DNA of 32,000 nucleotides from assembly GCA_902528545.1 (NCBI GenBank), contig CABZTB010000003.1:47433-79432 (forward strand). Reading direction: 5' to 3'. The position numbers and the translations under genes are program-made. Positions 25,048 to 32,000 of this stretch are shown piece by piece (position 1 is the stretch's first letter; each line of letters begins with the position of its first letter). Origin of the DNA: an uncultured Pelagibacteraceae bacterium. GTDB taxonomy: Bacteria > Pseudomonadota > Alphaproteobacteria > Pelagibacterales > Pelagibacteraceae. Under the pieces are notes generated by a model that saw nothing but the letters and a program-made list of their open reading frames with translations, was not told where the DNA came from and did no database searches.

Positions 25048-25356
25048 ATGGAAAAACAGAATATTAGAATTAAACTCAGAGCTTATGACAATAAGATTTT
25101 AGATGCTTCAACTGAAGAGATTGTAAATACAGTCAAAAGAACTGGAGCTACAATAAAAGGTCCAATTCCATTACCAACTAGAATTGAAAGATATACAGTT
25201 TTAAGATCTCCTCATATAGATAAAAAAAGTAGAGAACAATTTGAGTCGAGAACCCATAAAAGATTAATTGATATAATTGAGCCAACACCACAGACTGTCG
25301 AGGCTTTAATGAAGTTAGATTTAGCATCAGGTGTCGATGTGGAGATTAAGATATAA
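25048..25356 (+). CDS. rpsJ: 30S ribosomal protein S10
   Basis: 102 aa. IRIKLRAYD...GPIPLPT...[14 protein letters not shown]. Confidence 0.97.
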   Translation: MEKQNIRIKLRAYDNKILDASTEEIVNTVKRTGATIKGPIPLPTRIERYTVLRSPHIDKKSREQFESRTHKRLIDIIEPTPQTVEALMKLDLASGVDVEIKI

Positions 25357-25358
25357 TT

Positions 25359-26069
25359 ATGAGTGAGATTGCTTTATTAGGAAAAAAAATCGGAATGACT
25401 AGAGAATTTTATAAATCTGGTCAGTTGGTACCAGTTACTGTATTAAAAATGGAAAAAGCTAGAGTAATCCAGGTAATAGATAAAGAAAAAAGAGGCTACA
25501 CCGCTGTTCAACTTGGATACGGAAAAATCAAAAATTCAAAATTAACAAAGGCTATGAAAGGTTATTTTTCAAAAAGAAATACTGAAGCTAAAAGGAAACT
25601 TAAAGAATATAGAGTTCAAAATATTGAAAATTATAAAGAGGGAAATGAATTTGGTTTAGAGATTTTTAAAGATGTTAAATTTGTAGATACTAGATCAAAA
25701 ACGATTGGAAAAGGTTTTGCAGGAGCTATGAAAAGACACAATTTTGGTGGTTTGAGAGCTACACATGGTGTTTCAATTTCACATAGATCACATGGTTCAA
25801 CGGGTCAAAGACAAGATCCTGGTAAAGTATTTAAGGGAAAAAAAATGGCTGGACATATGGGAGATAAATTAAGAACTATGCAAAATATCGAAATTATCAA
25901 AACGGATCTAGAAAATGAGCTTTTATATTTAAAAGGTTCTATCCCAGGAGCAAAAAACTCTGAAATTCTCGTAAAAGGTTCAGTTAAAAATATAAAAAAA
26001 ATGACTATCAGTGAAAAACATAAAGCTGCTGAATTAGCTAAGAAAACACCGGAGAAAAAGAAAAAATAA
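25359..26069 (+). CDS. rplC: 50S ribosomal protein L3
   Basis: 236 aa. KIGMTREF...[15 protein letters not shown]. Confidence 0.95.
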   Translation: MSEIALLGKKIGMTREFYKSGQLVPVTVLKMEKARVIQVIDKEKRGYTAVQLGYGKIKNSKLTKAMKGYFSKRNTEAKRKLKEYRVQNIENYKEGNEFGLEIFKDVKFVDTRSKTIGKGFAGAMKRHNFGGLRATHGVSISHRSHGSTGQRQDPGKVFKGKKMAGHMGDKLRTMQNIEIIKTDLENELLYLKGSIPGAKNSEILVKGSVKNIKKMTISEKHKAAELAKKTPEKKKK

Positions 26070-26692
26070 TGAAAGTCGATAAAATTAATTTAGATGGTAA
26101 AAAAAGTTCTATTGAAGTCTTAGATAAGATTTTTTCAGCTAAGATAAATAAGAAATTAGTGAATACAGTTTTATATAAGACTAATGCTAATTACAAAGGT
26201 AGGCATGCAAAAACTAAGCAGCAAAACGAAGTCTCAGGTCCAACATCAAAAATTTATGCACAAAAAGGAACAGGTAATGCTAGACACGCAAGTAGAAAAG
26301 CCCCAATCTTTGTTGGTGGTGGTATAGCTCATGGTCCTAAAGGAGAGCTATCATATAAAAAAAGAAAATTAAATAAGAGTGAAAAAAAACAAAGTATAGC
26401 ATCTTTAATTAGTGACAAGATAAAGAACAACAACCTTCTAATTTTTAGCGATTTTAGTTCTAAAATAAAAAAGACTAAAGAGATGAGCTTAATTTTAAAG
26501 AAATTTCAAATATCAAATTCAATTGTAATTCTTGACAAAACCTCAAAAGATAATGTTGAAAAATCAATTAGAAATATTCCAAACATCAAAGTGACAGACA
26601 TTAATCATTTCAGTGCATTTGATATTGTCAAGTTTGAAAAAGTTGTGTTTACCGAAACATCCGTAAAAGAATTAGAAAAGAGGTATGCTTAA
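26069..26692 (+). CDS. rplD: 50S ribosomal protein L4
   Basis: 207 aa. KGTGNARHASRKAPIFVGGGIAHGPK. Confidence 0.95.
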   Translation: MKVDKINLDGKKSSIEVLDKIFSAKINKKLVNTVLYKTNANYKGRHAKTKQQNEVSGPTSKIYAQKGTGNARHASRKAPIFVGGGIAHGPKGELSYKKRKLNKSEKKQSIASLISDKIKNNNLLIFSDFSSKIKKTKEMSLILKKFQISNSIVILDKTSKDNVEKSIRNIPNIKVTDINHFSAFDIVKFEKVVFTETSVKELEKRYA

Positions 26693-26987
26693 GATGGAAA
26701 AGATACATTTATACGACAAAATCTTATCACCTTTAGTTACTGAAAAATCAACAAATTTATCAGAACAAAATAAGATCGTATTTAAGGTTCCTTCAAAAGC
26801 AAATAAGAAAAATATAAAAAACAACATTGAAAAAATTTTCAAAGTAAACGTTACAAAGATAAATATTATCAATAAACAAAATAGAACTAAATTAACTAGA
26901 GGAAGAAAGGTTAAAGTCTCTGGTTTTAAAAAAGCAATCATAACACTTAAAAAAGGTCAAAGTATTGATCTAACAACTGGAATTTAA
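26685..26987 (+). CDS. rplW: 50S ribosomal protein L23
   Basis: YDKILSPLVTEKS... The start is either ATG 26685 (8-nt overlap with rplD) or ATG 26694. Confidence 0.9.
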   Translation: MLKMEKIHLYDKILSPLVTEKSTNLSEQNKIVFKVPSKANKKNIKNNIEKIFKVNVTKINIINKQNRTKLTRGRKVKVSGFKKAIITLKKGQSIDLTTGI

Positions 26988-26988
26988 A

Positions 26989-27828
26989 ATGGCACTAAAA
27001 ACATTTAAACCTTATACAAAATCTACTCGAGGAACAATTCTTGTAGATAGAATTGGTCTTTGGAAAGGTAAACCATTTAAATCTTTAGTTTCTCCAAAAA
27101 ATGCAATGAAAGGGAGAAACAACAATGGCCATATTACTTCTATAAATAGAGCTGGTGGACACAAAAAAATGTATCGACATGTTGACTTTTACAGAAAAAA
27201 ATTTGATATGCCTGCTACAGTTGAAAGAATTGAATATGATCCGAACAGATCTTGTTACATTATGTTAGTAAAATTTGATGATAATTCACATGCATATTAT
27301 CTTGCACCACAAAAAATAAAGGTGGGTGATAAAGTTGAAAATGGATCAAAAAAAGAGATAAAAATTGGAAATTGTATGCCATTACAGGATATCCCAGTTG
27401 GTATAGATATTCACAACGTTGAAATACAACCAGGTGGTGGAGGTAAAATTGCAAGATCTGCTGGAACTTCTGTTACGATTAGTGGATTGGATGGGAATTA
27501 TAGTTTGATTAAATTAGCATCAGGTGAAGTTAGAAAAATCGATTCAAGATCATTGGCAACAATTGGCGTATTAAGTAACCCCGATCAAAAAAATATAAAA
27601 ATTGGTAAAGCAGGAAGATCAAGATGGTTAGGAAGAAGACCTCACACTAGAGGTGTAGTTAAAAATCCAGTAGATCACCCGCATGGTGGTGGAGAAGGTA
27701 AATCAGCAGGTGGAAGACATCCAGTTTCTCCTAAAGGACAATCGGCAAAAGGATTGAAAACAAGAGACAATAAGAGAACTGATAAATATATTGTGAAGAG
27801 AAGAAACAAAAGGAAGGATACAAAATAA
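26989..27828 (+). CDS. rplB: 50S ribosomal protein L2
   Basis: 279 aa. [12 protein letters not shown]...[18 protein letters not shown]. Confidence 0.98.
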   Translation: MALKTFKPYTKSTRGTILVDRIGLWKGKPFKSLVSPKNAMKGRNNNGHITSINRAGGHKKMYRHVDFYRKKFDMPATVERIEYDPNRSCYIMLVKFDDNSHAYYLAPQKIKVGDKVENGSKKEIKIGNCMPLQDIPVGIDIHNVEIQPGGGGKIARSAGTSVTISGLDGNYSLIKLASGEVRKIDSRSLATIGVLSNPDQKNIKIGKAGRSRWLGRRPHTRGVVKNPVDHPHGGGEGKSAGGRHPVSPKGQSAKGLKTRDNKRTDKYIVKRRNKRKDTK

Positions 27829-28127
27829 TGGCTAGAGCAGTATGGAAAGGACCTTTTGTAGAGGAAAGTTTGATTAAAAAAGTTGATAAATATAAGACTG
27901 ATCCAAAAAAAATTCCTATTAAAACATGGTCAAGAAAATCAACAATAATTCCAGATTTTGTAGGGGTTAGTTTTTTGATTTATAACGGAAAAAAATTTAT
28001 ACCAATTACCATATCTGAAGATATGGTTGGTCACAAATTAGGTGAATTTGCACCAACAAGAACTTTTTTTGGTCATACACCTGCAGATAAGAAAGCAAAA
28101 CCTGCTGAGGCAGAGGCTAAGAAATAA
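27828..28127 (+). CDS. rpsS: 30S ribosomal protein S19
   Basis: 99 aa. [10 protein letters not shown]...YNGKKFIPI...[13 protein letters not shown]. Confidence 0.97.
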   Translation: MARAVWKGPFVEESLIKKVDKYKTDPKKIPIKTWSRKSTIIPDFVGVSFLIYNGKKFIPITISEDMVGHKLGEFAPTRTFFGHTPADKKAKPAEAEAKK

Positions 28128-28129
28128 TT

Positions 28130-28528
28130 ATGAGTAAAAAAAAGAAAATAGAGAAAAAAAAAGAAAAGATAGTGAAATCTATTAACAATAATATTAGATC
28201 AAGTGTAAGAAAACTTAATCCTATTTTAAAAGGTATAGTAGGAAAGAAAGTAGAGTTAGCTATTAGGGATCTTCAATTTTCAGAAAAAAGAGTCACACGT
28301 GATATCAGAAAGACTATTTCATCTGCTGTTGCAAACGCAGAAAATAATTTTCAGTATGATATTGATAAACTTGTAGTTAAAGAAGCCTATTGCGGAAAGA
28401 AAATTACTATGAAAAGGTTTAGACCAAGAGCAAAAGGAAGAGCTGCACCAATCTTAAAACCTTATTCAAGTGTTACAATTATTTTATCAGAAGCAAAAAA
28501 AATGGAGAGTCATGGGTCAAAAGGTTAA
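28130..28528 (+). CDS. rplV: 50S ribosomal protein L22 (Lys-rich N-terminal extension)
   Basis: 132 aa. [28 protein letters not shown]...[10 protein letters not shown]. Confidence 0.93.
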   Translation: MSKKKKIEKKKEKIVKSINNNIRSSVRKLNPILKGIVGKKVELAIRDLQFSEKRVTRDIRKTISSAVANAENNFQYDIDKLVVKEAYCGKKITMKRFRPRAKGRAAPILKPYSSVTIILSEAKKMESHGSKG

Positions 28529-29192
28529 TCCAGTAGGTTTCAGATTAGGTGTAAACAGAGGCTGGGACTCTGTTTGGTACGCTAAAAAGAAAGATTTTGG
28601 TAATTATCTCATAGAAGATTTTAAAATAAGAGAATATATAAAAAAAAATGTAATAAATTCTGGGGTTTCAAAAGTGATGATCGAAAGAACAGCAAACAAA
28701 TGTTATGTTACAATTTATACTTCTAGACCAGGTTTTGTCATTGGAAAAAAAGGTAGTGATATTGATAAGATTAAAAATAATTTATCTAAATTTACTTCAA
28801 ATGAAGTCACTTTAAATATTAAAGAAGTAAAAAAACCTGAAACAAATGCTTATCTAGTTGCTGAAAATATTGCTCAACAATTAGTTAAAAGAATTTCTTA
28901 CAGAAGAGCAATGAAAAGAGCTATGCAATCATGTTTAAGATTAGGTGCTAGAGGAATTAAAGTTTCAGTAAGTGGAAGATTGGGTGGAAATGAAATAGCT
29001 AGAACTGAATGGTTAAGAGATGGTAGTATACCATCTCACACATTAAGAGCTGATATAGATTATGCCGAGGCAGAGGCATTGACGACTTATGGAATTATTG
29101 GAATAAAAGTTTGGATTTATAAAGGCGAGGTGTTTGCTAAAGAATTTAGTCAAGAAACAAATAAAGTCACACCCAAAGAAGGAAAACAATAA
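28512..29192 (+). CDS. rpsC: 30S ribosomal protein S3
   Basis: The canonical [13 protein letters not shown] start is at ATG 28512, preceded by ggagag. The ORF-track start at 28470 is an upstream in-frame GTG. It overlaps the rplV end by 17 nt. Confidence 0.95.
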   Translation: MGQKVNPVGFRLGVNRGWDSVWYAKKKDFGNYLIEDFKIREYIKKNVINSGVSKVMIERTANKCYVTIYTSRPGFVIGKKGSDIDKIKNNLSKFTSNEVTLNIKEVKKPETNAYLVAENIAQQLVKRISYRRAMKRAMQSCLRLGARGIKVSVSGRLGGNEIARTEWLRDGSIPSHTLRADIDYAEAEALTTYGIIGIKVWIYKGEVFAKEFSQETNKVTPKEGKQ

Positions 29193-29603
29193 ATGTTACA
29201 GCCAGTCAGAACAAAATGGAGAAAAGCTCACAAAGGTAGAATTCATGGAACTGCCTCAAGAGCGAATTTCATTAACTATGGTGCTTACGCTTTAAAAGCA
29301 TTATCTCCTGATAGAGTTACTGGTAAACAAATAGAGGCTGCTAGAGTTGCTTTAACAAGGCACATGAAAAGACAAGGAAGAGTTTGGACAAGAATTTTTC
29401 CAAATGTTCCAGTTTCTAAAAAACCAATTGAAGTACGTATGGGTAAAGGAAAAGGTTCTCCAGAATTCTATGCATGCCGTGTAAAACCAGGAAGAATTTT
29501 ATTTGAGGTAGATGGTGTTTCAGAACAGATAGCTAAAGAGGCCTTATATAAAGCATCCGCAAAATTGCCAATTAAAACTAAAACCATAAAGAGATTTGCT
29601 TAA
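29193..29603 (+). CDS. rplP: 50S ribosomal protein L16
   Basis: [16 protein letters not shown]... Confidence 0.97.
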   Translation: MLQPVRTKWRKAHKGRIHGTASRANFINYGAYALKALSPDRVTGKQIEAARVALTRHMKRQGRVWTRIFPNVPVSKKPIEVRMGKGKGSPEFYACRVKPGRILFEVDGVSEQIAKEALYKASAKLPIKTKTIKRFA

Positions 29604-29604
29604 T

Positions 29605-29796
29605 ATGAAAAAACAAGAAATTAAAAAACTCTCAAAAGATCAAATTAAAAAAAACATTGATAAATTTAAAAAAGATTTATTTAATTTTAGATTTCAAAAA
29701 ATGAATTCACAGATTACAAATCCTGCAAAAATTAGTGAAACAAAGAAAACAATTGCTAGATTAAAAACAATATTAAAAGGAAAATTAAATGCCTAA
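29605..29796 (+). CDS. rpmC: 50S ribosomal protein L29
   Basis: [16 protein letters not shown]...LFNFRFQ. ATG 29605 is preferred over the ORF-track TTG at 29596. Confidence 0.9.
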   Translation: MKKQEIKKLSKDQIKKNIDKFKKDLFNFRFQKMNSQITNPAKISETKKTIARLKTILKGKLNA

Positions 29797-30025
29797 AAAA
29801 ATATTAACAGGTGTGGTTGTAAGCGATAAACCCAACAAAACTATAACTGTTTTAGTTGAACGAAAATATTCTCATCCATTATTAAAAAAAGTAATAAAAG
29901 TGAGAAAAAAATACAATGCCCACGATGAAAATAATAAATTTAAAACAGGTGACAAAGTATCAATCATTGAGAGCAAACCTTTTTCAAAAAATAAGAAATT
30001 TCAAGTAATGGAGAACACAAAATAA
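29789..30025 (+). CDS. rpsQ: 30S ribosomal protein S17
   Basis: 78 aa. [20 protein letters not shown]...YNAHDENN. Confidence 0.95.
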   Translation: MPKKILTGVVVSDKPNKTITVLVERKYSHPLLKKVIKVRKKYNAHDENNKFKTGDKVSIIESKPFSKNKKFQVMENTK

Positions 30026-30393
30026 TGATACAAGTCCAAACAGAATTAAATGTAGCTGATAACACTGGGGCAAAGAAAATTGAGTGTATTAAAGTCTTAG
30101 GTGGATCGAAAAGAAGATATGCAAGTATAGGGGATACGATAGTGATTGCAGTAAAAGAAGCAATTCCCAAGGGAAAAGTAAAAAAAGGATCAGTTCATAA
30201 AGCAGTGGTGGTAAGAGTAAAAAAAGGAATTCATCGGGATGACGGATCAAAAGTAAAATTTGACAATAATGCTGCTGTACTTGTTGATGACAAAGGTGAA
30301 CCAGTTGGAACTAGGATTTTTGGTCCAGTGACTAGAGAATTAAGAAATAAAGGACAAATGAAAATAATCTCATTAGCCCCAGAGGTTTTGTAA
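30025..30393 (+). CDS. rplN: 50S ribosomal protein L14
   Basis: [18 protein letters not shown]... Confidence 0.98.
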   Translation: MIQVQTELNVADNTGAKKIECIKVLGGSKRRYASIGDTIVIAVKEAIPKGKVKKGSVHKAVVVRVKKGIHRDDGSKVKFDNNAAVLVDDKGEPVGTRIFGPVTRELRNKGQMKIISLAPEVL

Positions 30394-30641
30394 TGATTAA
30401 AAAAGGTTTAAAAGTTCGTATTTTATCAGGCAGAGATAAAAAAAAAGAAGGTGAAGTAATTGAAATTGATAGACCAAACAATAGAGCAAAAGTTAAAGAT
30501 ATTAATATGGTAAAGAGACACGTAAAAACAACTAAGGAAAAAAAAGGTGGAATTTTTTCAAAGGAAAGTTTTATTCATTTATCAAATTTAAAACTAATTG
30601 ATGAAAAAACAAAAACTAAAAAAACTGAGGCTAAAAAATAA
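30393..30641 (+). CDS. rplX: 50S ribosomal protein L24 (short, 82 aa)
   Basis: KOW motif [18 protein letters not shown]. Position between rplN and rplE. Confidence 0.9.
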   Translation: MIKKGLKVRILSGRDKKKEGEVIEIDRPNNRAKVKDINMVKRHVKTTKEKKGGIFSKESFIHLSNLKLIDEKTKTKKTEAKK

Positions 30642-31195
30642 TGACTCCGAGATTAAAAGAACTTTATTATAAAGAAATACAACCTGCATTAAAATCTCAA
30701 TTTGGTTTTAAAAATCTATACATGGGTCCAAAAATTGAAAAAATTGTCTTAAATATGGGCTTAGGCTTAGATGGAAATGATTCAAAAATATTAAAGTCTT
30801 GTGAGGAGGATTTAGCAAAGATAACAGGTCAAAAACCTGTAATTACCAAATTTAAAAAATCAGTTGCAAATTTTAAAACAAGAAAAGGGTCAAATGCTGG
30901 CTTAAAGGTAACACTTAGAAAAGATAAAATGTATGAATTTTTAGATAGACTTGTAAATATAGCTTTGCCAAGAATTAAAGATTTTAGAGGCCTGTCTGCC
31001 AATGGTTTTGATAAATTTGGAAATTACACGTTTGGTGTAAAAGAACATATCATATTTCCTGAAGTAAGTTTTGATCGTGCTGATAAGGTTCGTGGTATTG
31101 ATATTGTGATTGTAATATCAGCTAAAAGCAAAGAGCATAGTTTTGCTCTTTTAGAAAAATTGAATTTTCCATTTATTAAAAAAGGAGAGAACTAA
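30641..31195 (+). CDS. rplE: 50S ribosomal protein L5
   Basis: 184 aa. [13 protein letters not shown]...RDFRGLS...[15 protein letters not shown]. Confidence 0.96.
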   Translation: MTPRLKELYYKEIQPALKSQFGFKNLYMGPKIEKIVLNMGLGLDGNDSKILKSCEEDLAKITGQKPVITKFKKSVANFKTRKGSNAGLKVTLRKDKMYEFLDRLVNIALPRIKDFRGLSANGFDKFGNYTFGVKEHIIFPEVSFDRADKVRGIDIVIVISAKSKEHSFALLEKLNFPFIKKGEN

Positions 31196-31196
31196 A

Positions 31197-31502
31197 ATGG
31201 CTAAATTAAGCTCAATAAATAAAAACAATAAAAGAATAAAATTATCTGACAGATTATTCAAAAAAAGACAAAAGTTAAAAAAGATTGTTATGAATAAAAA
31301 GCTTCCTTTAGAGGAAAGATTTAAAGCACAACAAAAATTATCAAAATTACCTAGAAACTCTGCGAAAGTGAGAGTGATGAATAGATGCCAGATCACAGGA
31401 AGACCTCATGGAGTTTATAGAAAATTGAAAATATCTAGAATTGCATTGAGACAATTAGGTTTGCAAGGAAAGATACCAGGTTTAGTTAAATCAAGTTGGT
31501 AG
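31197..31502 (+). CDS. rpsN: 30S ribosomal protein S14 (long form)
   Basis: 101 aa. [26 protein letters not shown]...PGLVKSSW. Confidence 0.95.
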   Translation: MAKLSSINKNNKRIKLSDRLFKKRQKLKKIVMNKKLPLEERFKAQQKLSKLPRNSAKVRVMNRCQITGRPHGVYRKLKISRIALRQLGLQGKIPGLVKSSW

Positions 31503-31512
31503 AAAGGAAAAT

Positions 31513-31908
31513 ATGAGTTTAAGTGATCCAATTGGAGATATGATAGCAAGAATAAAAAATGCTCAAGATAGAAGCCATAAGAAAGTTGAATTACCTTCTT
31601 CAAATTTTAAAACTAAGATTGCTGATATTTTAAAGAATGAAGGTTTTATAAAAGATTTCAAAGTTAACAAAGAAAATAATAAATCTTTATTATCTCTAGA
31701 GCTTAAATATCATTCGGGAAACCCGGTTATAAGTACTTTTGAGAGAGTTTCTAAACCAGGGAGAAGAATATTTTCTAGTGCAGAAAGTTTACCAAAAATA
31801 AATAATGGTTTGGGTATAGCAATTGTATCAACCCCCAAAGGTGTCATGACCGATATTGATGCAAGAAAGCAAAGAGTGGGTGGAGAAATAATTTGTAAGG
31901 TATTTTAA
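31513..31908 (+). CDS. rpsH: 30S ribosomal protein S8
   Basis: 131 aa. SDPIGDMIARIKNA...GLGIAIVSTPKGVMTD. Confidence 0.96.
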   Translation: MSLSDPIGDMIARIKNAQDRSHKKVELPSSNFKTKIADILKNEGFIKDFKVNKENNKSLLSLELKYHSGNPVISTFERVSKPGRRIFSSAESLPKINNGLGIAIVSTPKGVMTDIDARKQRVGGEIICKVF

Positions 31909-32000
31909 TGTCTAAAATTGGTAAAATTAATATTTCAATCCCTGAAAAAGTCAAAGTTGCTTTGGCTGGTAATATGTTGAACATAGAAGGGCCTTCGGGG
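31908..32000 (+). CDS. rplF: 50S ribosomal protein L6, N-terminal fragment (continues past the window)
   Basis: ATG at 31908 overlaps the rpsH stop (TAATG). It translates to MSKIGKINISIPEKVKVALAGNMLNIEGPSG, the typical L6 start. Not in the ORF track because it is truncated. Confidence 0.85.
   Translation, partial: MSKIGKINISIPEKVKVALAGNMLNIEGPSG

Noticed and set aside
28470-28511. 14-codon N-terminal extension of S3 from the ORF-track start
   Set aside because: The ORF-track start is an in-frame GTG. The universally conserved MGQKVNP start is the ATG at 28512, with ggagag upstream.
29596-29604. TTG start for L29
   Set aside because: The ATG at 29605, immediately after the rplP stop, gives the conventional MKKQE... 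N-terminus.
22376-31603. Minus-strand ORFs 22376-22609, 26672-26941, 27260-27454, 29964-30170, 31151-31396 and 31415-31603
   Set aside because: All are antisense to conserved ribosomal-protein genes. Their low-complexity Phe/Leu/Ile-rich translations are typical of the reverse complement of Lys-rich genes.

Overview
AT-rich, very compact bacterial chromosome segment in two parts.

Core, about 7.5-32 kb: the conserved translation/transcription region. It runs tRNA-Leu(UAA), nadK, tRNA-Thr, a SpoU/RlmB-type methyltransferase, tRNA-Tyr, tRNA-Gly, tuf, tRNA-Trp, secE-nusG-rplKAJL-rpoBC. It then continues with rpsL-rpsG-fusA fused directly to the S10 and spc ribosomal-protein operons, ending in a truncated rplF at the window edge. 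Only two intergenic gaps exceed 20 nt across the roughly 21 kb from tRNA-Trp to the window end. Composition, gene order and packing fit a streamlined marine alphaproteobacterium of the SAR11/Pelagibacterales type. That assignment is inference only.

Accessory, the left 7.6 kb: an outer-membrane barrel fragment, a secreted beta-lactamase-fold hydrolase, an orphan type IV pilin, and a PD-(D/E)xK/DUF4268-like protein. These are followed by a 3-gene block of a multi-pass membrane protein, a GNAT acetyltransferase and a Zn-ribbon + Vsr/DUF559-like nuclease with HTH modules.

Main observation: these genes look like stacked cassettes ending at tRNA-Leu.
- The last two cassettes are each bracketed by their own private direct repeat, an 8-mer word repeated at 11-bp phase. 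The words are ctcggatc and actagtag.
- Shared modules surround those words: L (ATTATTTTTATTGGAAAAT), R (ATAGGATTTTATAGGAT) and a core (AGATAAAAT).
- The 3-gene block also lies between 119-bp direct repeats (95% identical). Each repeat carries the tRNA-Leu upstream region plus the 5' half of the tRNA up to the anticodon loop.
- No integrase, transposase, CRISPR array or rRNA is visible.

All functional calls rest on motifs I recognise in the translations. No database search was possible.
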